Shown here one piece after another: positions 39,653-48,679 of a stretch of 64,000 nt of DNA. The stretch lies in the IMG/VR virus record IMGVR_UViG_3300028920_000047, positions 1 through 64,000 of that record. The stretch is one strand, 5' to 3'. Origin of the DNA: a virus. The position numbers and the translations under genes were made by a program. The stretch's first letter is position 1. Every line of letters begins with the position of its first letter. Below the pieces are notes generated by a model. The model made no database searches. It had not been told where the DNA came from and saw only the letters and a list, made by a program, of their open reading frames with translations.

Positions 39653-40173
39653 TATTTTCTCACCCTAACCTCTTTACCTAAATTGTTATAATTTGAATAC
39701 ATTTTTTGAACAGCCGGACAATGTGAAAATAAAGATAAAATTAACACAATCACCAGCCCACTAATAACAAATATTACTCCACGAGAAAAACCTGCTTTAA
39801 AATCTTTAAAAGCACCGAGAGCAGCTGAATCTTCGACCGCTTTAACAACAGATACTCTAAAATCACGAGCAATAAATTCTTTTTGAGGATTATACACTTC
39901 TTTTTTAAAATAAGTTTCTATATCTTTTTGATTCTCTTTTTCACGAATCTTCTCACACTGTGAAGTATGTTCATGAAAAGCAAGATTTTGTTTTTCTAAT
40001 AGTGATTCTTTAAGATACTCACCTAAATTATTTATCGATTTTTCCACATTTTGTATTGATTCTTTAATAGTCACTTCAAGATGTTCAATTTTTTTACTAA
40101 TCTCATCCTTAGCTTCTTTTACTTTTTTATCTACAATTTCTATCACTTCTGACCTTAAAACATTTTCTGGCAT
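39652..40173 (-). CDS. Coiled-coil protein with C-terminal TM (holin candidate)
   Basis: Single TM, coupled to the endolysin gene. Confidence 0.4.
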   Translation of the reverse strand: MPENVLRSEVIEIVDKKVKEAKDEISKKIEHLEVTIKESIQNVEKSINNLGEYLKESLLEKQNLAFHEHTSQCEKIREKENQKDIETYFKKEVYNPQKEFIARDFRVSVVKAVEDSAALGAFKDFKAGFSRGVIFVISGLVIVLILSLFSHCPAVQKMYSNYNNLGKEVRVRK

Positions 40174-40216
40174 ATTCTACAGCTCCTTAATAATTATTAT
40201 TAGTAAGTATTATCTT

Positions 40217-42337
40217 TTAGTAATCCGCCTTTAATTTACTAACAAACTGTGGCCAGGTGTATTTTGTATTGGCGCCATAGGTTTTATTCATCATTTCTCG
40301 TTTTGTTGAGGTTGCTGTTATTCCCAAACCTGAATTTATGGGTGAAGAAAGAATTCGCCTAACCACTGCGGCTGATGGAACATTTGTTATTGTATCTGGC
40401 ACAGTTACAGTTGAATAATTAACCGTTATAGTATCGGCTGTTTCCAATCCCATTTCAACCATACTACCAAAATATACAGAAATACTATCACCCAATCCGT
40501 TTAAGGAAGTCGTTCCTGACCAAACTGCACCAGCAGTAGGATATGACTGAAAAACCATATTATTAAAAATTACAATCACATCTCTACCATTTTGAGCGGT
40601 AGAAGTTCCACCAATGGTTATTATTGATATATTTGTATCGTGATTATCTGGGGGATAAGTTATTGCAATAGACAGATATTTGACTGTTATTGAATCTTTT
40701 GCAATATTATCTCCATCGAAAAAAACAACTAAAACACTATCATAATAATCATTCAAACTTGCTGTGCCAGACCAAGCGTTTGAACTGATATTCACAGAAT
40801 CGTTATATACCCAACCCATACCGTTTTCGCCAACATATATGCCAATTGAGTCATAATCGTCTGCGTTTGTAGTAGTTCCGCCGATATGTATTAAAACTAT
40901 TTCTGTTTCGTGATTGTCGTCTGGATATGTAATACTCATTGCTATATAAGTAACACCAATAGTGTCATAAGCGATATTAGTTCCATCATAGAATTTTACC
41001 ATAATAGAATCTGCACCAGTCAGACTTGCAGTTCCACTCCAAGCATCACTTGAAACTTCAACTGTATCTTGATATACTCCATTGACATATATTCCAACGC
41101 TATCGTGGTCGGTAGCGTCTGTTGTTACACCATCAATTTTTATCAGTTTTTGTGTTGTGTCGTGGTTATCAGCAGGGTGTGAAAATGATATAGTCGGAAC
41201 AGATGGAGAAGGATATTGACCATTAAAAAAAAGAGTAAAAAACGAATCGCCGGTCGCATCAAAACCAACAGTATCACTACCAGTTACCAAAGGCACTGTT
41301 TCAGCACTATCGCAGTTCGGCTCTAATAAATCCGTTCCTGATTCCCTTGCAAAAAGATTAAGTCCAACAGGGTCGCCCGTAATATTATACACCACATTGT
41401 CCGTATCATTATAATATATATCTTGTCCATTGTCTTGATTAATATAATAATCATCAAAATATGAATTTCTAATATAATTAGATTTAATTTGCGAATTATA
41501 ATCTTTTTCATCGTGTTCATTAAGCCACGAACCTGCCGAATAACAGCTATCAAACACATTTGAATCGCAAGCACCAGCACCAGTAAAAAATATGTTTGCA
41601 TACCACGAAGTCGTGCCAGTAACCTTTATATTATATACATAATTGTTCCGAAAATATGATGTATCACTTGTATCGTTATCATAGAGAAAAATGTTCCCGC
41701 GAGTATTTTTAAACACAGTAATAAAATTATAAGTAAAAACTGATTTTTTACCAAACCAATCCCCATAAGTACTACCACCATTAAATCGCATAAATCCTAT
41801 AAATCCAGTTGAATCACTTGTAGCAGAGTATATTACTTGGTTTGAGCCTGAATTTTGTTTTAACCTGCCTCCATTAGAAATAAAAATAACCGGTTTTTCG
41901 ATAGTCAGTCGTGAACTGATATAATAACTATCACCAATAAATGTCGAATAATCAAAAGTTCCAAATTTGATACACCACACAACGATTTGAGTTCCGTCAG
42001 CAGGGACAGTATCATCAGCATAGTCATAAGCATAGGGAATTGATTTAAGCGGAGCAGGCGGAGTTGCTTGATTAGAATTGTTATTTGCGTCATTGCCGGC
42101 TGCAAATGTAAGTGATGTATCAACCATAGTATATTCGCCACAGGTGCAGTTCATAGATAAGTCGGCAAAATCAACATTAACAAGAGGGAAAGCACAAGTT
42201 GTTTCACTTCCGCCATTAACAACTATTCTATACAATTTTTGCCCGTTGACATATATTGTATCCCACGCATATATATTTGACAAAAACAGCAACATAAATA
42301 ATATAGATATTATAATTCTCATTTTATTTTTCCTCAA
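40217..42337 (-). CDS. Secreted beta-helix + 3 Ig-like repeat protein (paralog A)
   Basis: Signal peptide, Asn-ladder repeats, three P..NHDT/NHET Ig-like units. Confidence 0.75.
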   Translation of the reverse strand: MRKNKMRIIISILFMLLFLSNIYAWDTIYVNGQKLYRIVVNGGSETTCAFPLVNVDFADLSMNCTCGEYTMVDTSLTFAAGNDANNNSNQATPPAPLKSIPYAYDYADDTVPADGTQIVVWCIKFGTFDYSTFIGDSYYISSRLTIEKPVIFISNGGRLKQNSGSNQVIYSATSDSTGFIGFMRFNGGSTYGDWFGKKSVFTYNFITVFKNTRGNIFLYDNDTSDTSYFRNNYVYNIKVTGTTSWYANIFFTGAGACDSNVFDSCYSAGSWLNEHDEKDYNSQIKSNYIRNSYFDDYYINQDNGQDIYYNDTDNVVYNITGDPVGLNLFARESGTDLLEPNCDSAETVPLVTGSDTVGFDATGDSFFTLFFNGQYPSPSVPTISFSHPADNHDTTQKLIKIDGVTTDATDHDSVGIYVNGVYQDTVEVSSDAWSGTASLTGADSIMVKFYDGTNIAYDTIGVTYIAMSITYPDDNHETEIVLIHIGGTTTNADDYDSIGIYVGENGMGWVYNDSVNISSNAWSGTASLNDYYDSVLVVFFDGDNIAKDSITVKYLSIAITYPPDNHDTNISIITIGGTSTAQNGRDVIVIFNNMVFQSYPTAGAVWSGTTSLNGLGDSISVYFGSMVEMGLETADTITVNYSTVTVPDTITNVPSAAVVRRILSSPINSGLGITATSTKREMMNKTYGANTKYTWPQFVSKLKADY

Positions 42338-42664
42338 AGGTTACTAAATTTCCAGTTGCAATTCCACCAATAATTATATATCGAAAATGCCATTGTATCT
42401 TAAATGGAAACTCATCACATTCAATTATCTTTTTTGTCGGTATTTTTGTTCTGATATATCCAGGCCGAAATTGAAAATTGTCTTTACAGGCATAATATAC
42501 TATGTCGGAATCGTTTGTCGTTGAATATACATACAATTCGCTATCGGCAGTTACAATTTCAAACAATATATCAACCGAATTGGAATCGCTGATTATCCAA
42601 CTATCGCCAGTAACATTATCCACAACATAGTTGTCCGCAAAACAAACCGAACACATAAGTAATA
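41016..42664. repeat. ~1.65-kb direct duplication, copy A
   Basis: Colinear with 45224-46872 (offset 4208 at both ends). Confidence 0.9.
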
Positions 42665-42689
42665 GTATCAAAAAAACAATCATTCTCAT
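42324..42689 (-). CDS. Small secreted protein (paralog A)
   Basis: Signal peptide; near-identical to 46532-46900. Confidence 0.75.
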   Translation of the reverse strand: MRMIVFLILLLMCSVCFADNYVVDNVTGDSWIISDSNSVDILFEIVTADSELYVYSTTNDSDIVYYACKDNFQFRPGYIRTKIPTKKIIECDEFPFKIQWHFRYIIIGGIATGNLVTFEEK

Positions 42690-42790
42690 TACTTATCACC
42701 TAACCAAAATTTTTGTGGAATGACATACATCAGCAATATTACAATCACCGCAAATAACGTAATTACTATTTCATCAATTATCTTTCTCAT
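42689..42790 (-). CDS. 33-aa membrane peptide (not in ORF track)
   Basis: MRKIIDEIVITLFAVIVILLMYVIPQKFWLGDK, TAATG-coupled on both sides. Confidence 0.5.
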   Translation of the reverse strand: MRKIIDEIVITLFAVIVILLMYVIPQKFWLGDK

Positions 42791-44238
42791 TATTTATATA
42801 ATCCTCGCAAAACAACATTATTGACAACATTATCCGAATTGTTGTATATGAAAAACTCGTCTGTATCATTCTTTATCTCACACCAAGTTGCCGAGTATGG
42901 AGCTGAATCACCGCTATCAAGTTCAACAAAATAGTCAAGACCACGAAGGTCATCAAAAATTGTTGATACTGTGTTGGATATGTTTGGCACATAAACTGTC
43001 CAAGTGTCGTAAGGAGCAATACCAGAACCGCTATCAGAAACACAATTAGTATCCCACTCACGAGCATATACACCATACGCCACACCCTTTACATTAAGCG
43101 AATCAGCAAGTATTCCGCCGGCCACTTCTAAACTATCTGATGCTATATCATCTAAACCAACACCAATATTTCCATAACTTGAAACTGTTACCCAATCAAT
43201 TCCTCCGAGCTGGTCAGAAAATCTTAAAGAATTATCACTTGCTTTATGCCTTATTGTCCAGCCATCGGCAACTTCAGCTAACTGTAACATCGCATCTCCT
43301 GAACTTGCACCATTCCATCCTATTACGATTCGAGAACTATTTGCAATTCCATCTATAGTTTCTTTATGCCTAACTTGTAACCCTGCACCATTCGTTATAT
43401 TTGCGCCTCCTATAACGGCTGTTTCGCTTATTTGGACAGTTCCTACAACATGAAAACTATCACTGGGATTAGCAATACCTATACCTACATGACTATCGCT
43501 GTATAGCCAGCCAGTTACTACATCAATATCCCACCAGCCGCCAACCAGTCCTGTTAATCCTGAACCATCGCCTATAAATGCATTAGCATACACGCTGCTG
43601 GCAAATGTCGCACTGTCCGCAAATAAATCATCTGATAAATATAAATTCTGAAACTGATACATACCGGAACCACCAGTGCCTCCTAAATTCATTTGTAATC
43701 CACTTCCACGAGGAGCAATTCCCATACTACCAAGCCAAATAAGAGGAGTATCCGCTTTTCTAAATTCAAACATTTGACCACTACCATTGAGATACCAAAT
43801 TTTACCCTGAGTATCTCCAGGCGAACCTCCGGTAGCAATTTCAAAATATATAAAATTTGAATTATTGCTCGAAGCACCAAGCATTCCAATATTACCATCT
43901 CCAGTAGTAACTCCGTAAGGGTCCGTTCCATCACCCCAAATTTCTAAAGAATTGTTTGGTTTAGTAGAACCTATACTTACATAGGAATCAGTCGATATAG
44001 CATTATCGGAAGCGCTAATAGTCCAATCTGAATCTCCTGAGCCAGAAGTTGAAATTTCAATACCGCTAATATATACCTTACCGGTGTAAGTGGTTGTTCC
44101 CGCAGTAATACTTACACAAGAATCCGATACAGAAAGATATTTATTTAATTGTGTCAAATCATCAGACGTACCCACTTCAGAAAATAAAGGTAAAGTAAAA
44201 AGTAAACATAAAAATATAATTAAATAATTTTTCATCAT
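42790..44238 (-). CDS. Secreted tail-fibre-like protein
   Basis: Signal peptide; VGIGIANPSDSFHVVG, GNIGVG and ANAFIGDGSGLTG fibre-type motifs. Confidence 0.7.
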   Translation of the reverse strand: MMKNYLIIFLCLLFTLPLFSEVGTSDDLTQLNKYLSVSDSCVSITAGTTTYTGKVYISGIEISTSGSGDSDWTISASDNAISTDSYVSIGSTKPNNSLEIWGDGTDPYGVTTGDGNIGMLGASSNNSNFIYFEIATGGSPGDTQGKIWYLNGSGQMFEFRKADTPLIWLGSMGIAPRGSGLQMNLGGTGGSGMYQFQNLYLSDDLFADSATFASSVYANAFIGDGSGLTGLVGGWWDIDVVTGWLYSDSHVGIGIANPSDSFHVVGTVQISETAVIGGANITNGAGLQVRHKETIDGIANSSRIVIGWNGASSGDAMLQLAEVADGWTIRHKASDNSLRFSDQLGGIDWVTVSSYGNIGVGLDDIASDSLEVAGGILADSLNVKGVAYGVYAREWDTNCVSDSGSGIAPYDTWTVYVPNISNTVSTIFDDLRGLDYFVELDSGDSAPYSATWCEIKNDTDEFFIYNNSDNVVNNVVLRGLYK

Positions 44239-44244
44239 AATCTC

Positions 44245-46545
44245 CTATTCCGATAATCTCTTTATAAATCCACTTAATGTTTTATAATTTCTTAAATCTG
44301 GTTTAGTTGGTTCTTGTTTACAAATATGATTTACTGTTGAAGCTGAAGAAGAACTTTTATAGCCATAAATTTCATATGCTTTTTGTTTAAACTGAGTTAC
44401 GTTTTTTATTGTTCTATAATTAAAAGTAGAAGTAGAATAATTAACAGTTATTGTATCTTCATCCATTCTGCCAAAACTATCATTTAATCTGGCAGTAATG
44501 CTATCACCAATTCCCGATAACGCAACTGTACCTGACCAAGCGTTTGAAGAAATAGTAGCTATTGAATGAACTGTATCACTACCTGTCAACACACTAATTT
44601 GAACTTCGTCTAAGTATAAAGCATCACCGTCGCCATTTCTATGAAAAGCTATTGCCTTAACTGTTTGTTCTGGATAATCTATTTCTACCCAAGTATTTTT
44701 TGAATGGTTTAATTCTGTATCTATTTCTGTCCAATTTGTAGGGTCTCCTGCACCATCTGAAGAAATAGATATTGTACATTCCCAATCACTAATCATATAA
44801 TTTTGTTTAGAAGCCCACACTCTTATTTGATTACTTGTAACAGCTGAAGTAAGTATAAGCTGAAACCAACTATGATTCCCTGGTGGTGGACCTGATTCTT
44901 TACAAACTTTTGTTGAACCATCTGGATAACTATCATTATATGCATTAGCTTCATTATACCAAGTTGCTCCGCCATCATTATGACTATCAAAACAACGCCA
45001 CTCATAATGCTCTAAACTCGTTTCATAAAGGTATAACTGAACAGTATCACCATCTTTACAGTTTACAGTAGTGCCACTAACAATTATTATCTGAGTATTA
45101 GTATCGTGATTATCAGAAGGAGCATTTATACTAATGTCTATTGAACTATAATAATTGACGGTAATAGTATCCCAGTTAATATTAGTACCATCCCAAAACT
45201 TGACTTGAACAGAATCACCAAGTCCAGTCAGACTTGCAGTTCCACTCCAAGCATCACTTGAAACTTCAACTGTATCTTGATATACTCCATTGACATATAT
45301 TCCAACGCTATCGTGGTCGGTAGCGTCTGTTGTTACACCATCAATTTTTATCAGTTTTTGTGTTGTGTCGTGGTTATCAGCAGGATGTGAAAATGATATA
45401 GTCGGAACAGATGGAGAAGGATATTGACCATTAAAAAAAAGAGTAAAAAACGAATCGCCGGTCATATCAAACCCAACAGTATCACTGCCAGTTACTAAAG
45501 GCACTGTTTCAGCACTATCACAGTTCGGCTCTAATAAATCTGTTCCTGATTCCCTTGCAAAAAGTTCAAGACCAACAGGAGCACCCGTAATATTATACAC
45601 CACATTGTCCGTATCATTATAATATATATCTTGTCCAGCATCTTGATTAATATAATAATCATCAAAATATGAATTTCTAATATAGTTAGATTTGACTTGC
45701 GAATTATAATCTTTTTCATCGTGTTCATTAAGCCACGAACCTGCCGAATAACAGCTATCAAACACATTTGAATCGCAAGCACCAGCACCAGTAAAAAATA
45801 TGGTAGATTTCCACGCATCTATACCAGTCATTTTTACATTATATATATAATTATTCCTAAAATATGATGTATCATTTTTATCATTATCGTATAGATGAGC
45901 ATTCGAGATAGTATTTTTAAACACAGTATAAAAATTATAAGTAAAAACTGCTTTTTTACTAAAATAATCTGGTTCAGGCGCGCCTCCATTAAATCGCATA
46001 AATCCTATAAATCCAGTTGAATCACTTACAAGAGAAGTTATTAATTGGTTTTTGCCGGGATTTTGTTTTAACCTGCCTCCATTAGAAATAAAAATAACCG
46101 GTTTTTCAATAATCAGTTGTGAACTGATATAATAACTATCGCCGATAAATGTTGAGTAGTCAAAAGTTCCAAATTTGATACACCACACAACGATTTGAGT
46201 TCCGTCAGCAGGGACAGTATCATCAGCATAATCATAAGCATAAGGAATTGATTTAAGCGGAGCAGACGGAGTCGCCTGATTAGCATTATTATTTGCGTCA
46301 TTACCAGCCCCAAATGTAAGTGATGTATCAACCATAGTATATTCACCACAGGTGCAGTTCATAGATAAGTCGGCAAAATCAACATTAACAAGAGGGAAAG
46401 CACAAGTTGTTTCACTTCCGCCATTAACAACTATTCTATACAATTTTTGTCCGTTGACATATATTGTATCCCAAGCATATATATTTGATAAAAACAGCAA
46501 TATAAATAATATAGATATTATAATTCTCATTTTATTTTCCTTCAA
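44245..46545 (-). CDS. Secreted beta-helix + Ig-like protein with inserted discoidin/CBM-like domain (paralog B)
   Basis: N-terminal ~440 aa paralogous to 40217-42337; SWFQLIL...QIRVW...ISSDG...NWTEI insert. Confidence 0.75.
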   Translation of the reverse strand: MKENKMRIIISILFILLFLSNIYAWDTIYVNGQKLYRIVVNGGSETTCAFPLVNVDFADLSMNCTCGEYTMVDTSLTFGAGNDANNNANQATPSAPLKSIPYAYDYADDTVPADGTQIVVWCIKFGTFDYSTFIGDSYYISSQLIIEKPVIFISNGGRLKQNPGKNQLITSLVSDSTGFIGFMRFNGGAPEPDYFSKKAVFTYNFYTVFKNTISNAHLYDNDKNDTSYFRNNYIYNVKMTGIDAWKSTIFFTGAGACDSNVFDSCYSAGSWLNEHDEKDYNSQVKSNYIRNSYFDDYYINQDAGQDIYYNDTDNVVYNITGAPVGLELFARESGTDLLEPNCDSAETVPLVTGSDTVGFDMTGDSFFTLFFNGQYPSPSVPTISFSHPADNHDTTQKLIKIDGVTTDATDHDSVGIYVNGVYQDTVEVSSDAWSGTASLTGLGDSVQVKFWDGTNINWDTITVNYYSSIDISINAPSDNHDTNTQIIIVSGTTVNCKDGDTVQLYLYETSLEHYEWRCFDSHNDGGATWYNEANAYNDSYPDGSTKVCKESGPPPGNHSWFQLILTSAVTSNQIRVWASKQNYMISDWECTISISSDGAGDPTNWTEIDTELNHSKNTWVEIDYPEQTVKAIAFHRNGDGDALYLDEVQISVLTGSDTVHSIATISSNAWSGTVALSGIGDSITARLNDSFGRMDEDTITVNYSTSTFNYRTIKNVTQFKQKAYEIYGYKSSSSASTVNHICKQEPTKPDLRNYKTLSGFIKRLSE

Positions 46546-46872
46546 AGGTTACAACGTTTCCAGTTGCAATTCCACCAATAATTATATATCGAAAATGCCA
46601 TTGTATTTTAAATGGAAACTCATCACATTCAATTATTTTTTTTGTCGGTATTTTTGTTCTGATATATCCAGACCGAAATTGAAAATTTTCTTTAAATGCA
46701 TAATATACTATATCAGAATCGTTTGTTGTTGAATATACATACAATTCGCTATCGGCAGTTACAATTTCAAACAATATATCAACCGAATCTGAATCGCTAA
46801 TTAACCAACTATCACCAGTAACATTATCCACAACATAGTTATCCGCAAAACAAACTGAATACATAAGTAATA
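45224..46872. repeat. ~1.65-kb direct duplication, copy B
   Basis: Colinear with 41016-42664. Confidence 0.9.
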
Positions 46873-46900
46873 AGATAAGTATAAATAAAATTTTATTCAT
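46532..46900 (-). CDS. Small secreted protein (paralog B)
   Basis: Signal peptide; near-identical to 42324-42689. Confidence 0.75.
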   Translation of the reverse strand: MNKILFILILLLMYSVCFADNYVVDNVTGDSWLISDSDSVDILFEIVTADSELYVYSTTNDSDIVYYAFKENFQFRSGYIRTKIPTKKIIECDEFPFKIQWHFRYIIIGGIATGNVVTFEGK

Positions 46901-48538
46901 TTATTTTTCTCGTCCTCTTAACTTTATTGTATTAGCCGCATAATCTTGAATTGGTGACATAACATAATAACAATTTTTCCACTCTACAACAGTTACTCCA
47001 AAAACAGGCTCAGTTATCCACACACCCTCAAAAGGTTCAGTATCACCTAATACCCAATTAACTGCTAATAACTCATAATCTACATTAGAAATACAAAAAC
47101 TATCAGCAGTAGTAAAAGTATCGGTATAAGCACAGGAATCAAAAGCTGTATTATAAATCCAAGTATCATTTGTTGGAAATATTTTACAATAAACATTATT
47201 AGTAAAGGTAGCAGAATCAGCAAATATATCTTCTGTTAAATATAATGACCGCCATTGATAAATTCCGGAACCACCAGTACCGCCTAAATCTAATTCTCCA
47301 GTATACTCATCAGTTGGAGCTAACCCTAAAACACCCGCAGTAAATATTGTAGAATCACAATGAGCAAAATGAAACTGAACTCCGGAACCATTATGAAGCC
47401 ATATTCTACCCTGAGTATCCCCATCTATTCCTTGTGGGTCAGCCTGAAAAATTAACTCATTAGATTCATACCCACTTGAAGTCTGTATTTTAACATTATT
47501 GCCATATACATGAATTTTTTCATCTGGTAACAAAGTACCAAACCCAACATAACCGTTTATACCCTCCATAAAAAAATTTGTTTGTCCACCAGAATTTGTA
47601 AAAGGTAATCCACCAGCAAGGCGGCAATTAAAAGCTAAATCTACAAATAAAGTCTCTCCCACTAAAGCATTTGAATCAATATCCAAATTATTAAAATCAC
47701 CTTGACCGGTTACGTCTAAATCACCTATAACATTTAAACTTCCTGCCATAGTATCTTCTTCGTAATTCCTCACAAAAGAATCTGATAAACCAACTATATA
47801 ATATCTACTAATATAAGATACCCTTAATATTTCACCGGTATCAGGAACATACCCTCCGTGGAAAGTTATCTCACTATCTCCACTTTCATAATAATCTACA
47901 CCAATAACTTTAATAACTCCATCAATAGTAACAATAGTTGAACTATCCTCCCAGACATCTAAAGGGTCTGTTAATTCAAATATAGTATCAAAACCATTAG
48001 CAGTATCAGAAAACTCCTGATTAACTTTCATTTGCCCTGTAAAAAAAGTATCAAAAGAAGCACCCGAAACACCTGTTAATAAAGAACCATCGCCAACAAA
48101 AGCATTCGCATATACTGTATTTGTAAATGTTGCCGAATCCGCTTTTAGCTCCTGAGTAAGACTACAACTGCCTGTTGAAATTATTCCACCAACGGTTAAA
48201 GTATCAGTTGTTATTGTCCCTGTATTATCTATTTCTTCAGAATATATTTTAGTGGATATTATTACTGTACCACTAATAACTAATGTTCCTGATATATTTT
48301 CACTTTCAATAGAACCAGCGGTTAAAGTACCTCCAACTTCTAATTCTGTTCCAACAATTCCCGAATCTACTCTTATCCTTCCGGTTGAGGGATTATCCTT
48401 GACTTTTTCAATTTCCTGTTTATTTTGGGAAATTTTACCATCCTGGTCATAATTATAAGTAGTACCTTCAAAAAATCCATCAGCGTAAGAATAACCCAAC
48501 AAAAAAGCAATCAATAATAATACAATTATATATTTCAT
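46901..48538 (-). CDS. Secreted tail-fibre-like protein
   Basis: Signal peptide; VTIDGVIKVIGVDY...ITF...PDTGEILRVSY; shares GDTQG.IW..NGSG and LGGTGGSG.YQ with 42790-44238. Confidence 0.7.
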   Translation of the reverse strand: MKYIIVLLLIAFLLGYSYADGFFEGTTYNYDQDGKISQNKQEIEKVKDNPSTGRIRVDSGIVGTELEVGGTLTAGSIESENISGTLVISGTVIISTKIYSEEIDNTGTITTDTLTVGGIISTGSCSLTQELKADSATFTNTVYANAFVGDGSLLTGVSGASFDTFFTGQMKVNQEFSDTANGFDTIFELTDPLDVWEDSSTIVTIDGVIKVIGVDYYESGDSEITFHGGYVPDTGEILRVSYISRYYIVGLSDSFVRNYEEDTMAGSLNVIGDLDVTGQGDFNNLDIDSNALVGETLFVDLAFNCRLAGGLPFTNSGGQTNFFMEGINGYVGFGTLLPDEKIHVYGNNVKIQTSSGYESNELIFQADPQGIDGDTQGRIWLHNGSGVQFHFAHCDSTIFTAGVLGLAPTDEYTGELDLGGTGGSGIYQWRSLYLTEDIFADSATFTNNVYCKIFPTNDTWIYNTAFDSCAYTDTFTTADSFCISNVDYELLAVNWVLGDTEPFEGVWITEPVFGVTVVEWKNCYYVMSPIQDYAANTIKLRGREK

Positions 48539-48562
48539 TTCTATTCTCCTAATACCAATAAT

Positions 48563-48679
48563 TTATCTTAATCTATTAACAAATTTTACAAATCCTTTTA
48601 TTAATAAATATGTGACACCAATGCCACCTATAAATACCGCTACTAAAATTCCTACTATTAATAGACATTTTAAAAACAT
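48563..48679 (-). CDS. 38-aa membrane peptide (not in ORF track)
   Basis: MFLKCLLIVGILVAVFIGGIGVTYLLIKGFVKFVNRLR, TAATG-coupled. Confidence 0.5.
   Translation of the reverse strand: MFLKCLLIVGILVAVFIGGIGVTYLLIKGFVKFVNRLR

Noticed and set aside
41016-46872. Diversity-generating retroelement TR/VR pair
   Set aside because: Differences in the patch I compared are not adenine-specific, the repeat is far too long, both copies are coding, and there is no reverse transcriptase in the window.
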